DNA of 63,892 nt from an uncultured virus (IMG/VR IMGVR_UViG_3300047552_000880). Its lineage: Duplodnaviria; Heunggongvirae; Uroviricota; Caudoviricetes. Numbering within the stretch: position 1 is the first letter of the stretch; every line of letters starts with the position of its first letter. Positions 10,096 to 18,959 of this stretch are shown here, piece by piece. The notes beneath the pieces are model-generated. The model did not search any database. It was not told the DNA's origin and saw only the letters and a list, made by a program, of their open reading frames with translations. Both the position numbers and the translations under genes were made by a program. Where the stretch lies: IMG/VR virus record IMGVR_UViG_3300047552_000880, positions 62,001 to 125,892 of that record, one strand, 5' to 3'.

Positions 10096-10532
10096 TAGAT
10101 CATCTTAAAGTAATGCTTGCTAACAACATTGAGGCAAGCAACATCGCATCAACATTACACTGGAATGTTACTGGTGTAAATTTTGAACAATATCATTCCT
10201 TTTACGGCGATGTTTATGAAGCATTCTACTCTAAACAAGACCGTATTGCTGAATACGTAAGAATTATTTCCGGCGCAACAGAAAATGTCAGCGCCCTGAC
10301 TTCTGTTACAAAATCAAATAAAACATTACCAGAAATAGTTCCTGTCAATGGCAACGACACGCCAAAGCAAATTAAACAGCTTATCACTGTTACCAATCAT
10401 CTGATTGCGGATAATAAAAAGTTGTTTAATCTTTCGCAAGAACAAAATGAACAGGGAGTCGCAAATTTTGCGGCTGACTGCCAAGATGAATTTGCCAAAA
10501 TTCTCTGGAAACTACAATCAATGATCCTCTGA
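10092..10532 (+). CDS. dps: Dps/ferritin-like protein
   Basis: HWNVTGVNFEQYHSFY...DRIAEYVR and terminal KILWKL match the Dps signature. Confidence 0.85.
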   Translation: MIDHLKVMLANNIEASNIASTLHWNVTGVNFEQYHSFYGDVYEAFYSKQDRIAEYVRIISGATENVSALTSVTKSNKTLPEIVPVNGNDTPKQIKQLITVTNHLIADNKKLFNLSQEQNEQGVANFAADCQDEFAKILWKLQSMIL

Positions 10533-10540
10533 GGCTAAAA

Positions 10541-11461
10541 ATGGAAATCGACAAACTACATAAAATTATCAATCTACAAAAGCACGGAGACACAACAGTA
10601 GTGTCTATTGGCGGTCTGGTTGCACTTGAAATCACCGGCAAAGAAGGAAGTTTCTTTGCGCAGATCAATCCTGTGTTTGCTAAATTGGCATATGGCGCAT
10701 CGAAAGTTTGGGTTGATGTGCCCCACCTCGGATTGTCAGAAACTCTGCCAGATGCAATTGCTGCTGGTCTTACTGCATTGCACGATAAAGGCGCTTTTTC
10801 TACAATGGTTGATCTACCAGATGATAGCACAACCATCAATGAATCTTCGTCCGATCTGATTGCAAGCTATATTCAGAAACGCAAAGAACAAATGAAGGGG
10901 CTGCAAAAAGATATGCTGACTCCAAGAAATGTTCTTCCCGGCGATGCAAATGACGTTAAAGCAAAGGCTGCTGCCGCAAAGTGGGTTAAGCATGCCGCAA
11001 ATGTTGCTAAGGCAGAAATCAAGAAGAACAAGAAAGATTATCAGAAAGAATTGTCAGAGGCAGAAATTATTGCTATTTCAGAAATTTTTTCTGACTGCGA
11101 AGAATTCGGGCTGAAGTGTGCTGATACTGTTCTGGAAGCAAATGAAATTGCCGAAGAAATGTTCAAGTATATCGCAGAAGGTCGCCGTAGCGATGGTAAG
11201 ACAAAAGACGAATTGTTCGATGTAGTTAAGACCAACATCGAGGCAGGTCGCCGCGCAACACATGGAATGGATCGCAACGAGAAACTTCGTGCTATTCGTG
11301 CAGGCGTCTTTGATCATCCTGACTTCAAGGAACACAAACCTGTTGCTGGTCGCCCTACATTGGACAAAGCAATTAAAGATGATGAGAGTCGTGAAAACGA
11401 ACCAAAGATTAAATCTTCCAAAGAATTGAATAACGTGTTTTCTATGTGGGCAGCAAAATGA
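10541..11461 (+). CDS. Hypothetical protein, probable internal head protein
   Basis: 306 aa with INE/LSE/IAE motifs separating basic blocks. Confidence 0.55.
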   Translation: MEIDKLHKIINLQKHGDTTVVSIGGLVALEITGKEGSFFAQINPVFAKLAYGASKVWVDVPHLGLSETLPDAIAAGLTALHDKGAFSTMVDLPDDSTTINESSSDLIASYIQKRKEQMKGLQKDMLTPRNVLPGDANDVKAKAAAAKWVKHAANVAKAEIKKNKKDYQKELSEAEIIAISEIFSDCEEFGLKCADTVLEANEIAEEMFKYIAEGRRSDGKTKDELFDVVKTNIEAGRRATHGMDRNEKLRAIRAGVFDHPDFKEHKPVAGRPTLDKAIKDDESRENEPKIKSSKELNNVFSMWAAK

Positions 11462-12681
11462 ACCAAGAACAAAAAGACAAAAGAGAAGAAATCGTCAAGG
11501 CTCTGAAAAAGAAAAAGAGCGACTTCGTTAAACGATATGGCGATGAAGCAGAAAACGTTATGTACGCAACAGCAACCAAACAAGCTCTGACAGAAATCTC
11601 AACAGAGAAGCTGGCGAAGTACAAAGAAGCTGCTGGTCAATCAGCAAGAGAAGCTGATAAGAAGGGTGATTACGAACTCGGCAACAAGCGTTTCCGTAAT
11701 ATCCTGAAAGCAACTCGCAAACAATTTGACAACGACAAGAAGCAAACTGTTATTGTACACGAATCTGCTGAAGTTTTGTTGACAGAAAATCTTGATGTAT
11801 ATGGTAAGTATACACTGAGACAAGGTTCGGTTGTACGAGATATGCCAGAAGGTCATCCAAGCCATGTGGTTGCTCGTAAGAATAAATTGAGCCAGCTTAG
11901 TGTTAAAGCCGATGCAAGCGATGAGTCCAATGGGTATGGTACGACACATCGAATTTCTGTTCGCAATAATGAAACCGGCGAAACTAGCCATCATCACATC
12001 TATCAAAGTGGTGTGAGTAACAATCGCCCTGTGTTCTCAGTAAGATCAACGGGTAATTTGGATAACCCAAAGGCAAAAGAACATAATCAGGTTTTGATGG
12101 ACTATCTTGCTGGCAAGAAAACTGATACCAAAGTTGTTCAAGAAGCATTCGCTATCAAAGACCCATCTGGTCATACCATTCATGTTTCAAAGACAGAAGA
12201 AAACGCAAGAGAAAAAGCAAAAGAGTTTTCCGTAAAGACAGGACAGGAACATTATATTCTTCCGATCAATGAAGCCAATAAGCACACTTTGATGACTCAC
12301 TTGGCAAAACAAAAAAAGATCGAACACGAAGATGAGGAAGCCATTGAGGAATCCTATAAGTCTTGTGTAGATAAGAATGGAAGAACAAAACTGAGCGCCG
12401 AGGCTGTTATCAAGAAGGCAAGAGAAATTGCTGCACAGGATATTGTTGCAAATCCACCTAAAGCAAGAAAACTGACAGTAAATAGAGAGCATATGGATGC
12501 TGCGCGTAAATTCTTCCTGCAAGAGCGTATTGATAAACCACAGGGCATTGAAGTTGGCGATCCAATTTCAAAGGACTCAAAAGAAGGAAATGGTCGAGTC
12601 AAAAAACAGATGGGAAATAAAGCTCCTGTTGAAGCCATCGTTTCTCTGTTAACACACAAATTGAAGAAAGAAAAACTGTAA
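11458..12681 (+). CDS. Hypothetical protein, probable internal head protein
   Basis: KREEIVKALKK...FVKRYG...VMYATATK motif seen in T4-like structural regions; repeated LTE/VHE/VQE/INE/LQE motifs. Confidence 0.6.
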   Translation: MNQEQKDKREEIVKALKKKKSDFVKRYGDEAENVMYATATKQALTEISTEKLAKYKEAAGQSAREADKKGDYELGNKRFRNILKATRKQFDNDKKQTVIVHESAEVLLTENLDVYGKYTLRQGSVVRDMPEGHPSHVVARKNKLSQLSVKADASDESNGYGTTHRISVRNNETGETSHHHIYQSGVSNNRPVFSVRSTGNLDNPKAKEHNQVLMDYLAGKKTDTKVVQEAFAIKDPSGHTIHVSKTEENAREKAKEFSVKTGQEHYILPINEANKHTLMTHLAKQKKIEHEDEEAIEESYKSCVDKNGRTKLSAEAVIKKAREIAAQDIVANPPKARKLTVNREHMDAARKFFLQERIDKPQGIEVGDPISKDSKEGNGRVKKQMGNKAPVEAIVSLLTHKLKKEKL

Positions 12682-12983
12682 TGTCATTGCTTAAAACAAA
12701 ACCATCATATTGCCCAACTGCTGTTGCAACCTCGCGTGGTTGGGTAAATCCTGCTACCGGCGAAGTTCTGGTTGCTATTGGTAATCTGGACAAAATGCTT
12801 GCTGCCGAAGCGCCCGTACAAGTTTCTGCTCATGTATTAAACATTCCAGCAACCCCCGTAGAAGCCCCTAAAACGACTTCTGAGCCGACTTTGAAGGAAG
12901 TGCATACTCCTAGGCTCAAACGCAAGCAAAAGCTGTTAGGCGAGGTTGTAGAGGCTCCTAGCGATAATCTGTTGGCAGAATAA
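12681..12983 (+). CDS. Hypothetical protein (paralog of 13924-14193)
   Basis: N-terminal KP..P.A.AT..GWV.P..G..LV.I.NL motif shared with the downstream ORF. Confidence 0.65.
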   Translation: MSLLKTKPSYCPTAVATSRGWVNPATGEVLVAIGNLDKMLAAEAPVQVSAHVLNIPATPVEAPKTTSEPTLKEVHTPRLKRKQKLLGEVVEAPSDNLLAE

Positions 12984-13372
12984 TGGCAGATACAAAATTA
13001 TCACAGCTTCCGGTCGCAACAGCGGCTGCTCAGGCTGATCTGATTCCAATACTTTCTGGTGGTGCAAATAAATGTGTCACCAGAAGTGTTCTGTTCACTG
13101 ATACTACATTGAATGGTTCACATAAAGTTTCTGTGTCTTCCCCTACATCACTGTCTATCCCTCTGAATACGGCAGTATGTAACCTTACTGCAACCGACAC
13201 ATATACTTTGGGGTTAGGATCAGAGAATCAGTTGCTGACGATCATATCGTCTGTTTCAGCAACTGTATCAGGAACCATCAATGCAACATTTTCTGCAAAT
13301 GGTACTCTACAACTATTATTCATTTCTGGTAGCTGGTTTGTATTGTCAGCAAGAAACGTCACATTAGCATGA
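12983..13372 (+). CDS. Small beta-rich virion protein
   Basis: MADTKLSQLPVA N-terminus typical of phage structural proteins; S/T-rich. Confidence 0.6.
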   Translation: MADTKLSQLPVATAAAQADLIPILSGGANKCVTRSVLFTDTTLNGSHKVSVSSPTSLSIPLNTAVCNLTATDTYTLGLGSENQLLTIISSVSATVSGTINATFSANGTLQLLFISGSWFVLSARNVTLA

Positions 13373-13719
13373 TCAGAACAGACTCAGAGTATCTTCAGTA
13401 TGCATTAAAGAATTATGACAATCCTTTGATGCAAAGTGTCTCTGAGTTCGAGAATGATCTTAGGCGAGTCATCTATATCAATAACCTCTTGACACGGTAT
13501 CGAAATGATTCCGATGATCTTAAAGACAGACTTCTTCTGAATCATATTGTTATTGTTGGCAATTGTTTTGGCGTTTCTTCTTCAATAGAAATGCTTTATT
13601 ATAAAATCGATTCAGAAAACATTAAATATCTTGAAACTGCTCTTTTCTATATTGGTTGGATACAAACAGCGAAGACAGAGCTTGATTTTGAACTTTTAAA
13701 TAAATTTGAGCAATTATGA
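13369..13719 (+). CDS. Conserved T4-like hypothetical protein
   Basis: YALKNYDNP...EFENDL...RLLLNHIVI motif recurrent in environmental T4-like phages. Confidence 0.7.
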   Translation: MIRTDSEYLQYALKNYDNPLMQSVSEFENDLRRVIYINNLLTRYRNDSDDLKDRLLLNHIVIVGNCFGVSSSIEMLYYKIDSENIKYLETALFYIGWIQTAKTELDFELLNKFEQL

Positions 13720-13922
13720 TTAAAGAAGATGCTGTTCCGTTGAACGTCACCGCTGGTATAGAAGGACCAAAACTACCGATCAAAATCCAGAAAGTGGATT
13801 CCTCTGTTATTAAGAGAGCAGCACTTTTGAAGAAGAAAAAGGTCGTCGCCGAAGAATTGAATATTATTGCGGATACACTTTTCTGTGAAGAAGATGGTAC
13901 TGCACTTTTTCTGGAAGATTAA
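13716..13922 (+). CDS. Small hypothetical protein
   Basis: 68 aa, ATGA-coupled, begins MIKED. Confidence 0.55.
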   Translation: MIKEDAVPLNVTAGIEGPKLPIKIQKVDSSVIKRAALLKKKKVVAEELNIIADTLFCEEDGTALFLED

Positions 13923-13923
13923 A

Positions 13924-14193
13924 ATGAGTTTTCTTAATACGAAGCCAAGGAGTCATCCTTGGGCAATAGCAACTGAAAATGGATGGGTAGACCCAACTAA
14001 CGGGACTCTGTTGGTTAATATACCTAATTTGAAATCAATTATAGAGGGTAAATTTATTAACTACGCTCCAATTGTAATTGAGCAACCGATAATTGATGTT
14101 AGCAGCACACATATTGAATTGGATGTGGTTGATGCAGTGATCGTTGAGGAAGAATTAAATAAACCTCCGCGAAATAAGAAGAAACATAAATAA
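13924..14193 (+). CDS. Hypothetical protein (paralog of 12681-12983)
   Basis: MSFLNTKPRSHPWAIATENGWVDPTNGTLLVNIPNL; ATG immediately after the upstream stop. Confidence 0.65.
   Translation: MSFLNTKPRSHPWAIATENGWVDPTNGTLLVNIPNLKSIIEGKFINYAPIVIEQPIIDVSSTHIELDVVDAVIVEEELNKPPRNKKKHK
14186..14192 (+). promoter_or_regulatory. T4-like late promoter (ATAAATA) for gp18
   Basis: ATAAATA about 50 nt before the sheath start; the same motif precedes gp22, gp23, gp3 and gp32. Confidence 0.6.
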
Positions 14194-14241
14194 TAAAAGC
14201 GATCATAAGATCAAACAATTTAATTAACACAAGGAGTCTTA

Positions 14242-16212
14242 ATGGCTACATTTATGCAATCCCCCGGAGTGCAAGTTATTGAAAAGAACGTTTCAGCAAC
14301 TGTTCCCGGCGCATCTTCAACAATAGGCGCAACTGTTGGCGTATTCAATTGGGGTCCAGTGATGGTTCCACAAATGATCGGTACAGAATCTGAATTGGTT
14401 TCCGTTTTCGGTAAACCAAATGATGTTACTGCTCCATATTTCTTCTCGGCAGCAAACTTTCTGTCATATTCGAATGCAATGTACGTTGTTCGTGCTGATG
14501 CAAATGCAAAGAACGCTACTGCTGATGGTACTGGTTTGAAAATCAATAACCTCGAAGCATATCAGGCTGGTTTCGAAACTGGTCAAGGTAGTGTAGGATG
14601 TTGGGCTGCTCGTTATCCCGGTGCGTTGGGTAACAGTTTGGCAGTCTATGTGGTTGATTCCGGTACATGGTCAGCATTTACTACTGCCCATCCAGATTTG
14701 GCTGCTCAGTTCCGTGGCGCTCCCGGCACATCTGAATTTGCTCGTGCTAAGGCAGGTAGCAACACATTCAATGCATATGACGAATTGCATGTTCTGGTTG
14801 TTGATCGTGCTGGTTTGTTCACAGGTACTCCCGGTGCTACTCTGGAAAAATATGAATACCTGAGTAAAGCATCTGATGCATTGTCTTATCAAGGCACTAG
14901 CAACTATTATGCTAACGTCATCACTAATAAGTCACAGTACATCTACTGGATGGATCATCCTACAGCACAATCTTTGGTTGTGACCGCTGGTTCTGTTTCT
15001 GGTTCGATTGCTACGCTGACATTCAGTGATCAGGGCGCTGCACCTTATGTTGTTGGCGGTAAAGTTGTTGTTGCTGGCATGACTCCTGCTGAATACAACG
15101 GCACATTCACCGTCACTGCTGTTACATCGACTTCTGTTTCATATGCATCTACTGCAACCGGTGTTGCTACTGTTGTTGGCACTGTTACCGGTTCGTATCG
15201 TTGGGGTGATGCAATGTTGGACGTTGCAACTGCTCAACCAACTGTGTTCGCTCAGTTGCAAGACTTGGCTGGTGGTTCTTACGACTATAAGTATACACTG
15301 ACTGGCGGTACTGACCCTGTGTTGGGTGTTGGTCTGGATTCTGCTCTGACAAACGGTTATGACCTGTTCCAAGACAGTCAGACATATGATATTTCTTTGG
15401 TCGTTACTGGTGGCGTGAATTCAACTGTCGGTAAGTATGTTGTTGACAACATCGCTGAAGTTCGCCGCGATTGTGTTGCTTTCTTGTCTATCGTTAAGGT
15501 AGCTGACGGTACTATCATTACTGGCACAAGCGAAACTCGACTGACAGACGCCAAGGCATATAAGACTGCCATCGGTAATTCTACCTATGCTGTTATTGAC
15601 TCCGGTTTCAAATATCAGTATGACAAATACAACGACAAGTATCGCTGGATTGCTCTGAACGCTGATGTTGCTGGTCTGTGTGCCCGTACTGATGCTGCAT
15701 GGTTCTCTCCTGCTGGTTTGGCTAAAGGTCAGATCAAAGGTGCAATCAAGCTGGCATGGAATCCTAAACAATCTGAACGCGATATTCTGTATCCTGTTGC
15801 AATCAATCCAGTGGTGACATTCCCTGCTATTGGCACAGTTCTGTTTGGTGATCGTACCGCAACCACAGTGCCATCTGCATTTGACCGTATTAACGTGCGT
15901 CGTCTGTTCTTGGTTCTGGAAAAATCCATTGCAAATAGCGCGAAATATCAACTGTTTGAAATCAATGATATTGTGACTCGTACACAATTCATTTCTTCTG
16001 TTGAACCATTCTTGCGTGATGTACAGGGTCGCCGTGGCATCGAAGCATTCAAAGTGATTGCAGATGAAACAGTTAACACACCAACCGTTGTTGCTGCAAA
16101 CGAATTCCGTGGAACTATTTTGGTCAAGCCAACATACTCGATCAATTATATCACACTGACATTCACTGCCGTTGGTCCAGAAGTTAGCTTCTCGGTAGCT
16201 GCTGGCGCTTAA
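14242..16212 (+). CDS. gp18: Tail sheath protein gp18 with an inserted beta domain
   Basis: SPGVQVIE, FNWGP, YQYDKYNDKYRW, WFSPAG and FDRINVRRLF motifs. Confidence 0.97.
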   Translation: MATFMQSPGVQVIEKNVSATVPGASSTIGATVGVFNWGPVMVPQMIGTESELVSVFGKPNDVTAPYFFSAANFLSYSNAMYVVRADANAKNATADGTGLKINNLEAYQAGFETGQGSVGCWAARYPGALGNSLAVYVVDSGTWSAFTTAHPDLAAQFRGAPGTSEFARAKAGSNTFNAYDELHVLVVDRAGLFTGTPGATLEKYEYLSKASDALSYQGTSNYYANVITNKSQYIYWMDHPTAQSLVVTAGSVSGSIATLTFSDQGAAPYVVGGKVVVAGMTPAEYNGTFTVTAVTSTSVSYASTATGVATVVGTVTGSYRWGDAMLDVATAQPTVFAQLQDLAGGSYDYKYTLTGGTDPVLGVGLDSALTNGYDLFQDSQTYDISLVVTGGVNSTVGKYVVDNIAEVRRDCVAFLSIVKVADGTIITGTSETRLTDAKAYKTAIGNSTYAVIDSGFKYQYDKYNDKYRWIALNADVAGLCARTDAAWFSPAGLAKGQIKGAIKLAWNPKQSERDILYPVAINPVVTFPAIGTVLFGDRTATTVPSAFDRINVRRLFLVLEKSIANSAKYQLFEINDIVTRTQFISSVEPFLRDVQGRRGIEAFKVIADETVNTPTVVAANEFRGTILVKPTYSINYITLTFTAVGPEVSFSVAAGA

Positions 16213-16224
16213 TTAAAAAAGATC

Positions 16225-16255
16225 GGATGATGTGGGTTAAATATTCACATCATCC
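16225..16255 (+). promoter_or_regulatory. Inverted repeat enclosing a late-promoter-like TTAAATA
   Basis: ggatgatgtg / cacatcatcc perfect 10-bp stem, with TTAAATA at 16237-16243. Confidence 0.5.
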
Positions 16256-16278
16256 TAAAAGGATAAAAGGAAAAATAA

Positions 16279-16824
16279 ATGGCACGTATAGATGATTTTC
16301 GGGCAATGCTGGCACAGGGCGGTGCGCGTCCTTCGCAATTCCAAGTTTTGCTGAATTTCCCATCATGGGTAAATGCCGGTGAATCTACGACAAAAGGTAT
16401 CTTCTTGGTCAAGGCAGCTTCTTTGCCTGCATCAACAATTTCTCCGATTGAAGTTGCTTACCGTGGTCGTATCACTAAAGTTGCGGGTGAACGTCAATTC
16501 GGTAATTGGAACGTCACTGTTATCAATGATAATGACTTTACAATCCGCGATGCAATGGAACGCTGGAGTCAAGGTATTTTGGAGCATGGAGCAACTACTG
16601 GTCGTTTGGCTCAGTCGGACTATCAAACCGACATGTGGGTTCATCAGTTGGATCGCAACAATAATATCGTTAAGGAATATCGTTTCCACAACTGCCATCC
16701 ACAGATCGTTTCTGAAATCGGGCTGGACTTCGGCAACACCAATCAGATCGAAGAATTCAACGTTGAATTCTCTGTCGATTACTGGACAGCAACCAATCCG
16801 CTGACCGGCAAAGCAATCGTCTAA
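16279..16824 (+). CDS. gp19: Tail tube protein gp19
   Basis: GGARPSQF, KAASLPAS, RGRITKVAGERQF, WNVTVIND and IEEFNVEFSVDYW motifs. Confidence 0.96.
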   Translation: MARIDDFRAMLAQGGARPSQFQVLLNFPSWVNAGESTTKGIFLVKAASLPASTISPIEVAYRGRITKVAGERQFGNWNVTVINDNDFTIRDAMERWSQGILEHGATTGRLAQSDYQTDMWVHQLDRNNNIVKEYRFHNCHPQIVSEIGLDFGNTNQIEEFNVEFSVDYWTATNPLTGKAIV

Positions 16825-18455
16825 TGGCAGTATTCGATAACAATGAACTGAATATTTTTGGGTTCACTATCAGAAAAAAATCTGATAGTACCCAAGAGTT
16901 AAATTCGTTCGTACCAAAGGCAGATGATACGGGCGGTATTGAAAATATCGTAACTGGCTCTGGTGCAGCATATAACTCATATTCAATTGATCTTGATCCC
17001 TCTGGTATTAAGAAGGAATCCGATCTTGTTCAGCGTTATCGTGAGTTGTCTTTAGTTGCTGATGTTGACAATGCAATATCAGAGATTGTTGACGAGTTTA
17101 TTGTCAACGATGAAGATGTTGCGTTGTCTCTTGATTTTACTGAAAAATTCGTTGAAAAATATTCAGAGAAGACTCGTGAATTGATTATAAACGAGTTTGA
17201 GAATATTTTGTCCATGATGAATTTCGATTTGAATTCTCAGGACATTTTTAGAAATTGGTATGTTGATGGAAGACTCGCATATCACAAGGTTATTGATGCC
17301 AAAAACCCAAAATCAGGTATCGTTGAATTACGTCCAATTGATGTAGCCAAACTTAAACGTATCGTAGAAGTAATAAAAGAAAAAGATACGAAGACACAGG
17401 CGACAATTATCAAGGGACAGAAAGAATATTACATCTACTCTGATACAGGGTTTGATGGTGACAATAAAACTGGACTGAAGATTGCAACAGATGCAATTAC
17501 TTATGTTACCAGTGGTCTATATGATCGTCTGACCAATATGCCTCTGTCATATCTGCATAAAGCGATTCGTCCAATGAATCAAGTCAGAATGATGGAAGAC
17601 AGCGATGTTATCTATAGAATGACTCGTGCGCCAGAGCGTAGGGTATTCTATATCGATACAAGCGGCATGAATCGTACCAAGGCAGAACAATACATCAAAG
17701 ATGTGATGGCTCGGTATAAGAACAAACAAGTATATGATGCCACAACTGGAACACTCAAGGATGACAAAAAGCATCTGAGTATTCTTGAAGATTTCTGGCT
17801 CCCTCGCGCAAACGGCGGAAAGGGTACAGAAATCACAACACTTCCTTCTGGTGGTGGTCTTGGTTCACTTGAGAATACAGAATATTTCCAAACTAAATTG
17901 TGGCGTGCACTGAATATTCCTCTGTCAAGAATGCAGCAAGGACAGGGTACATTCAATCTTGGTCGTGGTAATGAAATTACTCGCGATGAAATTAAATTCA
18001 ACAAGTTCATTCTTAAACTGAGAAGACGGTTCAATTTACTTTTCCTTGATCTGCTGAAGACTCAATTACTATTAAAAGGAATTGCGACTCAAGAAGATTG
18101 GGACATAATTAAGGATCAATTAGTCTTTAAATATGGCAAGGACAATTTCTTTGCTGAATTGAAAGAAATTGATATGTGGCGCGAACGCATGACAAGTGTT
18201 CAATTGGCAGATCAATTTGTTGGGAAATATTTCAGCAAACGATATATCCAAAGAACTCTGTTGAGAATGACCGACGAAGAAATTAAGACAATGGACGAAC
18301 AGATCGATGAGGAAACTCCTGATGAACCTGTTGAACCAGAAATGCAAGATCAACAGAATCAAGATCAGGCTCCACAGGAACAGGATCAACAAGAACCTCA
18401 GAATGCATATGATGCATATGATTCAAACACAGAATATGGTAAGGGTGAAAAATGA
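16824..18455 (+). CDS. gp20: Portal protein gp20
   Basis: WYVDGR, SYLHKAI, RAPERRVFYID, EDFWLPR, GTEITTL and EITRDEIKF motifs. Confidence 0.97.
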   Translation: MAVFDNNELNIFGFTIRKKSDSTQELNSFVPKADDTGGIENIVTGSGAAYNSYSIDLDPSGIKKESDLVQRYRELSLVADVDNAISEIVDEFIVNDEDVALSLDFTEKFVEKYSEKTRELIINEFENILSMMNFDLNSQDIFRNWYVDGRLAYHKVIDAKNPKSGIVELRPIDVAKLKRIVEVIKEKDTKTQATIIKGQKEYYIYSDTGFDGDNKTGLKIATDAITYVTSGLYDRLTNMPLSYLHKAIRPMNQVRMMEDSDVIYRMTRAPERRVFYIDTSGMNRTKAEQYIKDVMARYKNKQVYDATTGTLKDDKKHLSILEDFWLPRANGGKGTEITTLPSGGGLGSLENTEYFQTKLWRALNIPLSRMQQGQGTFNLGRGNEITRDEIKFNKFILKLRRRFNLLFLDLLKTQLLLKGIATQEDWDIIKDQLVFKYGKDNFFAELKEIDMWRERMTSVQLADQFVGKYFSKRYIQRTLLRMTDEEIKTMDEQIDEETPDEPVEPEMQDQQNQDQAPQEQDQQEPQNAYDAYDSNTEYGKGEK

Positions 18456-18604
18456 ACATCATTGATACAATCATGACAAATCCAGATGAAGCTAAACAGG
18501 CACTGATTGATTCTATCAATCGTAAATGTATGGATATTCTGGATCAGATGGCAAGTGAACCAAATATTAGTTCGGATACGGAAGATTTAGATGGCGCTGA
18601 ATAA
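18452..18604 (+). CDS. Small acidic protein at the gp67 position (50 aa, not in the ORF track)
   Basis: MNIIDTIMTNPDEAKQALIDSINRK...; ATGA overlap with the gp20 stop; syntenic with the T4 prohead core gene. Confidence 0.55.
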   Translation: MNIIDTIMTNPDEAKQALIDSINRKCMDILDQMASEPNISSDTEDLDGAE

Positions 18605-18959
18605 AACGATAATTAAAGCTGATCCAAGAGAAGTCATTGTTAAATGGGTCGGAAGTGGTACAGATACACTTACCCTTGCCTCTCTTGTTAGTACAGGTCA
18701 GACATTGACAGGAACCGTTGTACCTACAGTGGATATCCTAGCTGTTAGTACAAGCATCAGTGCTGCCGGTGAATGCACCATTACTCGTAACGGGCAGGAT
18801 GTTCTGAAGGTTCATGATAATTACGAATTCCAGACAGATGGAATTATCACTGCTGTATTAAAAGAAAACTCTAGTCATGACATTGCTGTGAATCTTGCTG
18901 CTGCCGGTACTCTGATCATGAGACTGCGTAAGACACAAGGCTATAGTTTAGGCGAATAA
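18591..18959 (+). CDS. Hypothetical virion-associated protein
   Basis: 122 aa beta-rich ORF between portal and protease. Confidence 0.6.
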   Translation: MALNKTIIKADPREVIVKWVGSGTDTLTLASLVSTGQTLTGTVVPTVDILAVSTSISAAGECTITRNGQDVLKVHDNYEFQTDGIITAVLKENSSHDIAVNLAAAGTLIMRLRKTQGYSLGE

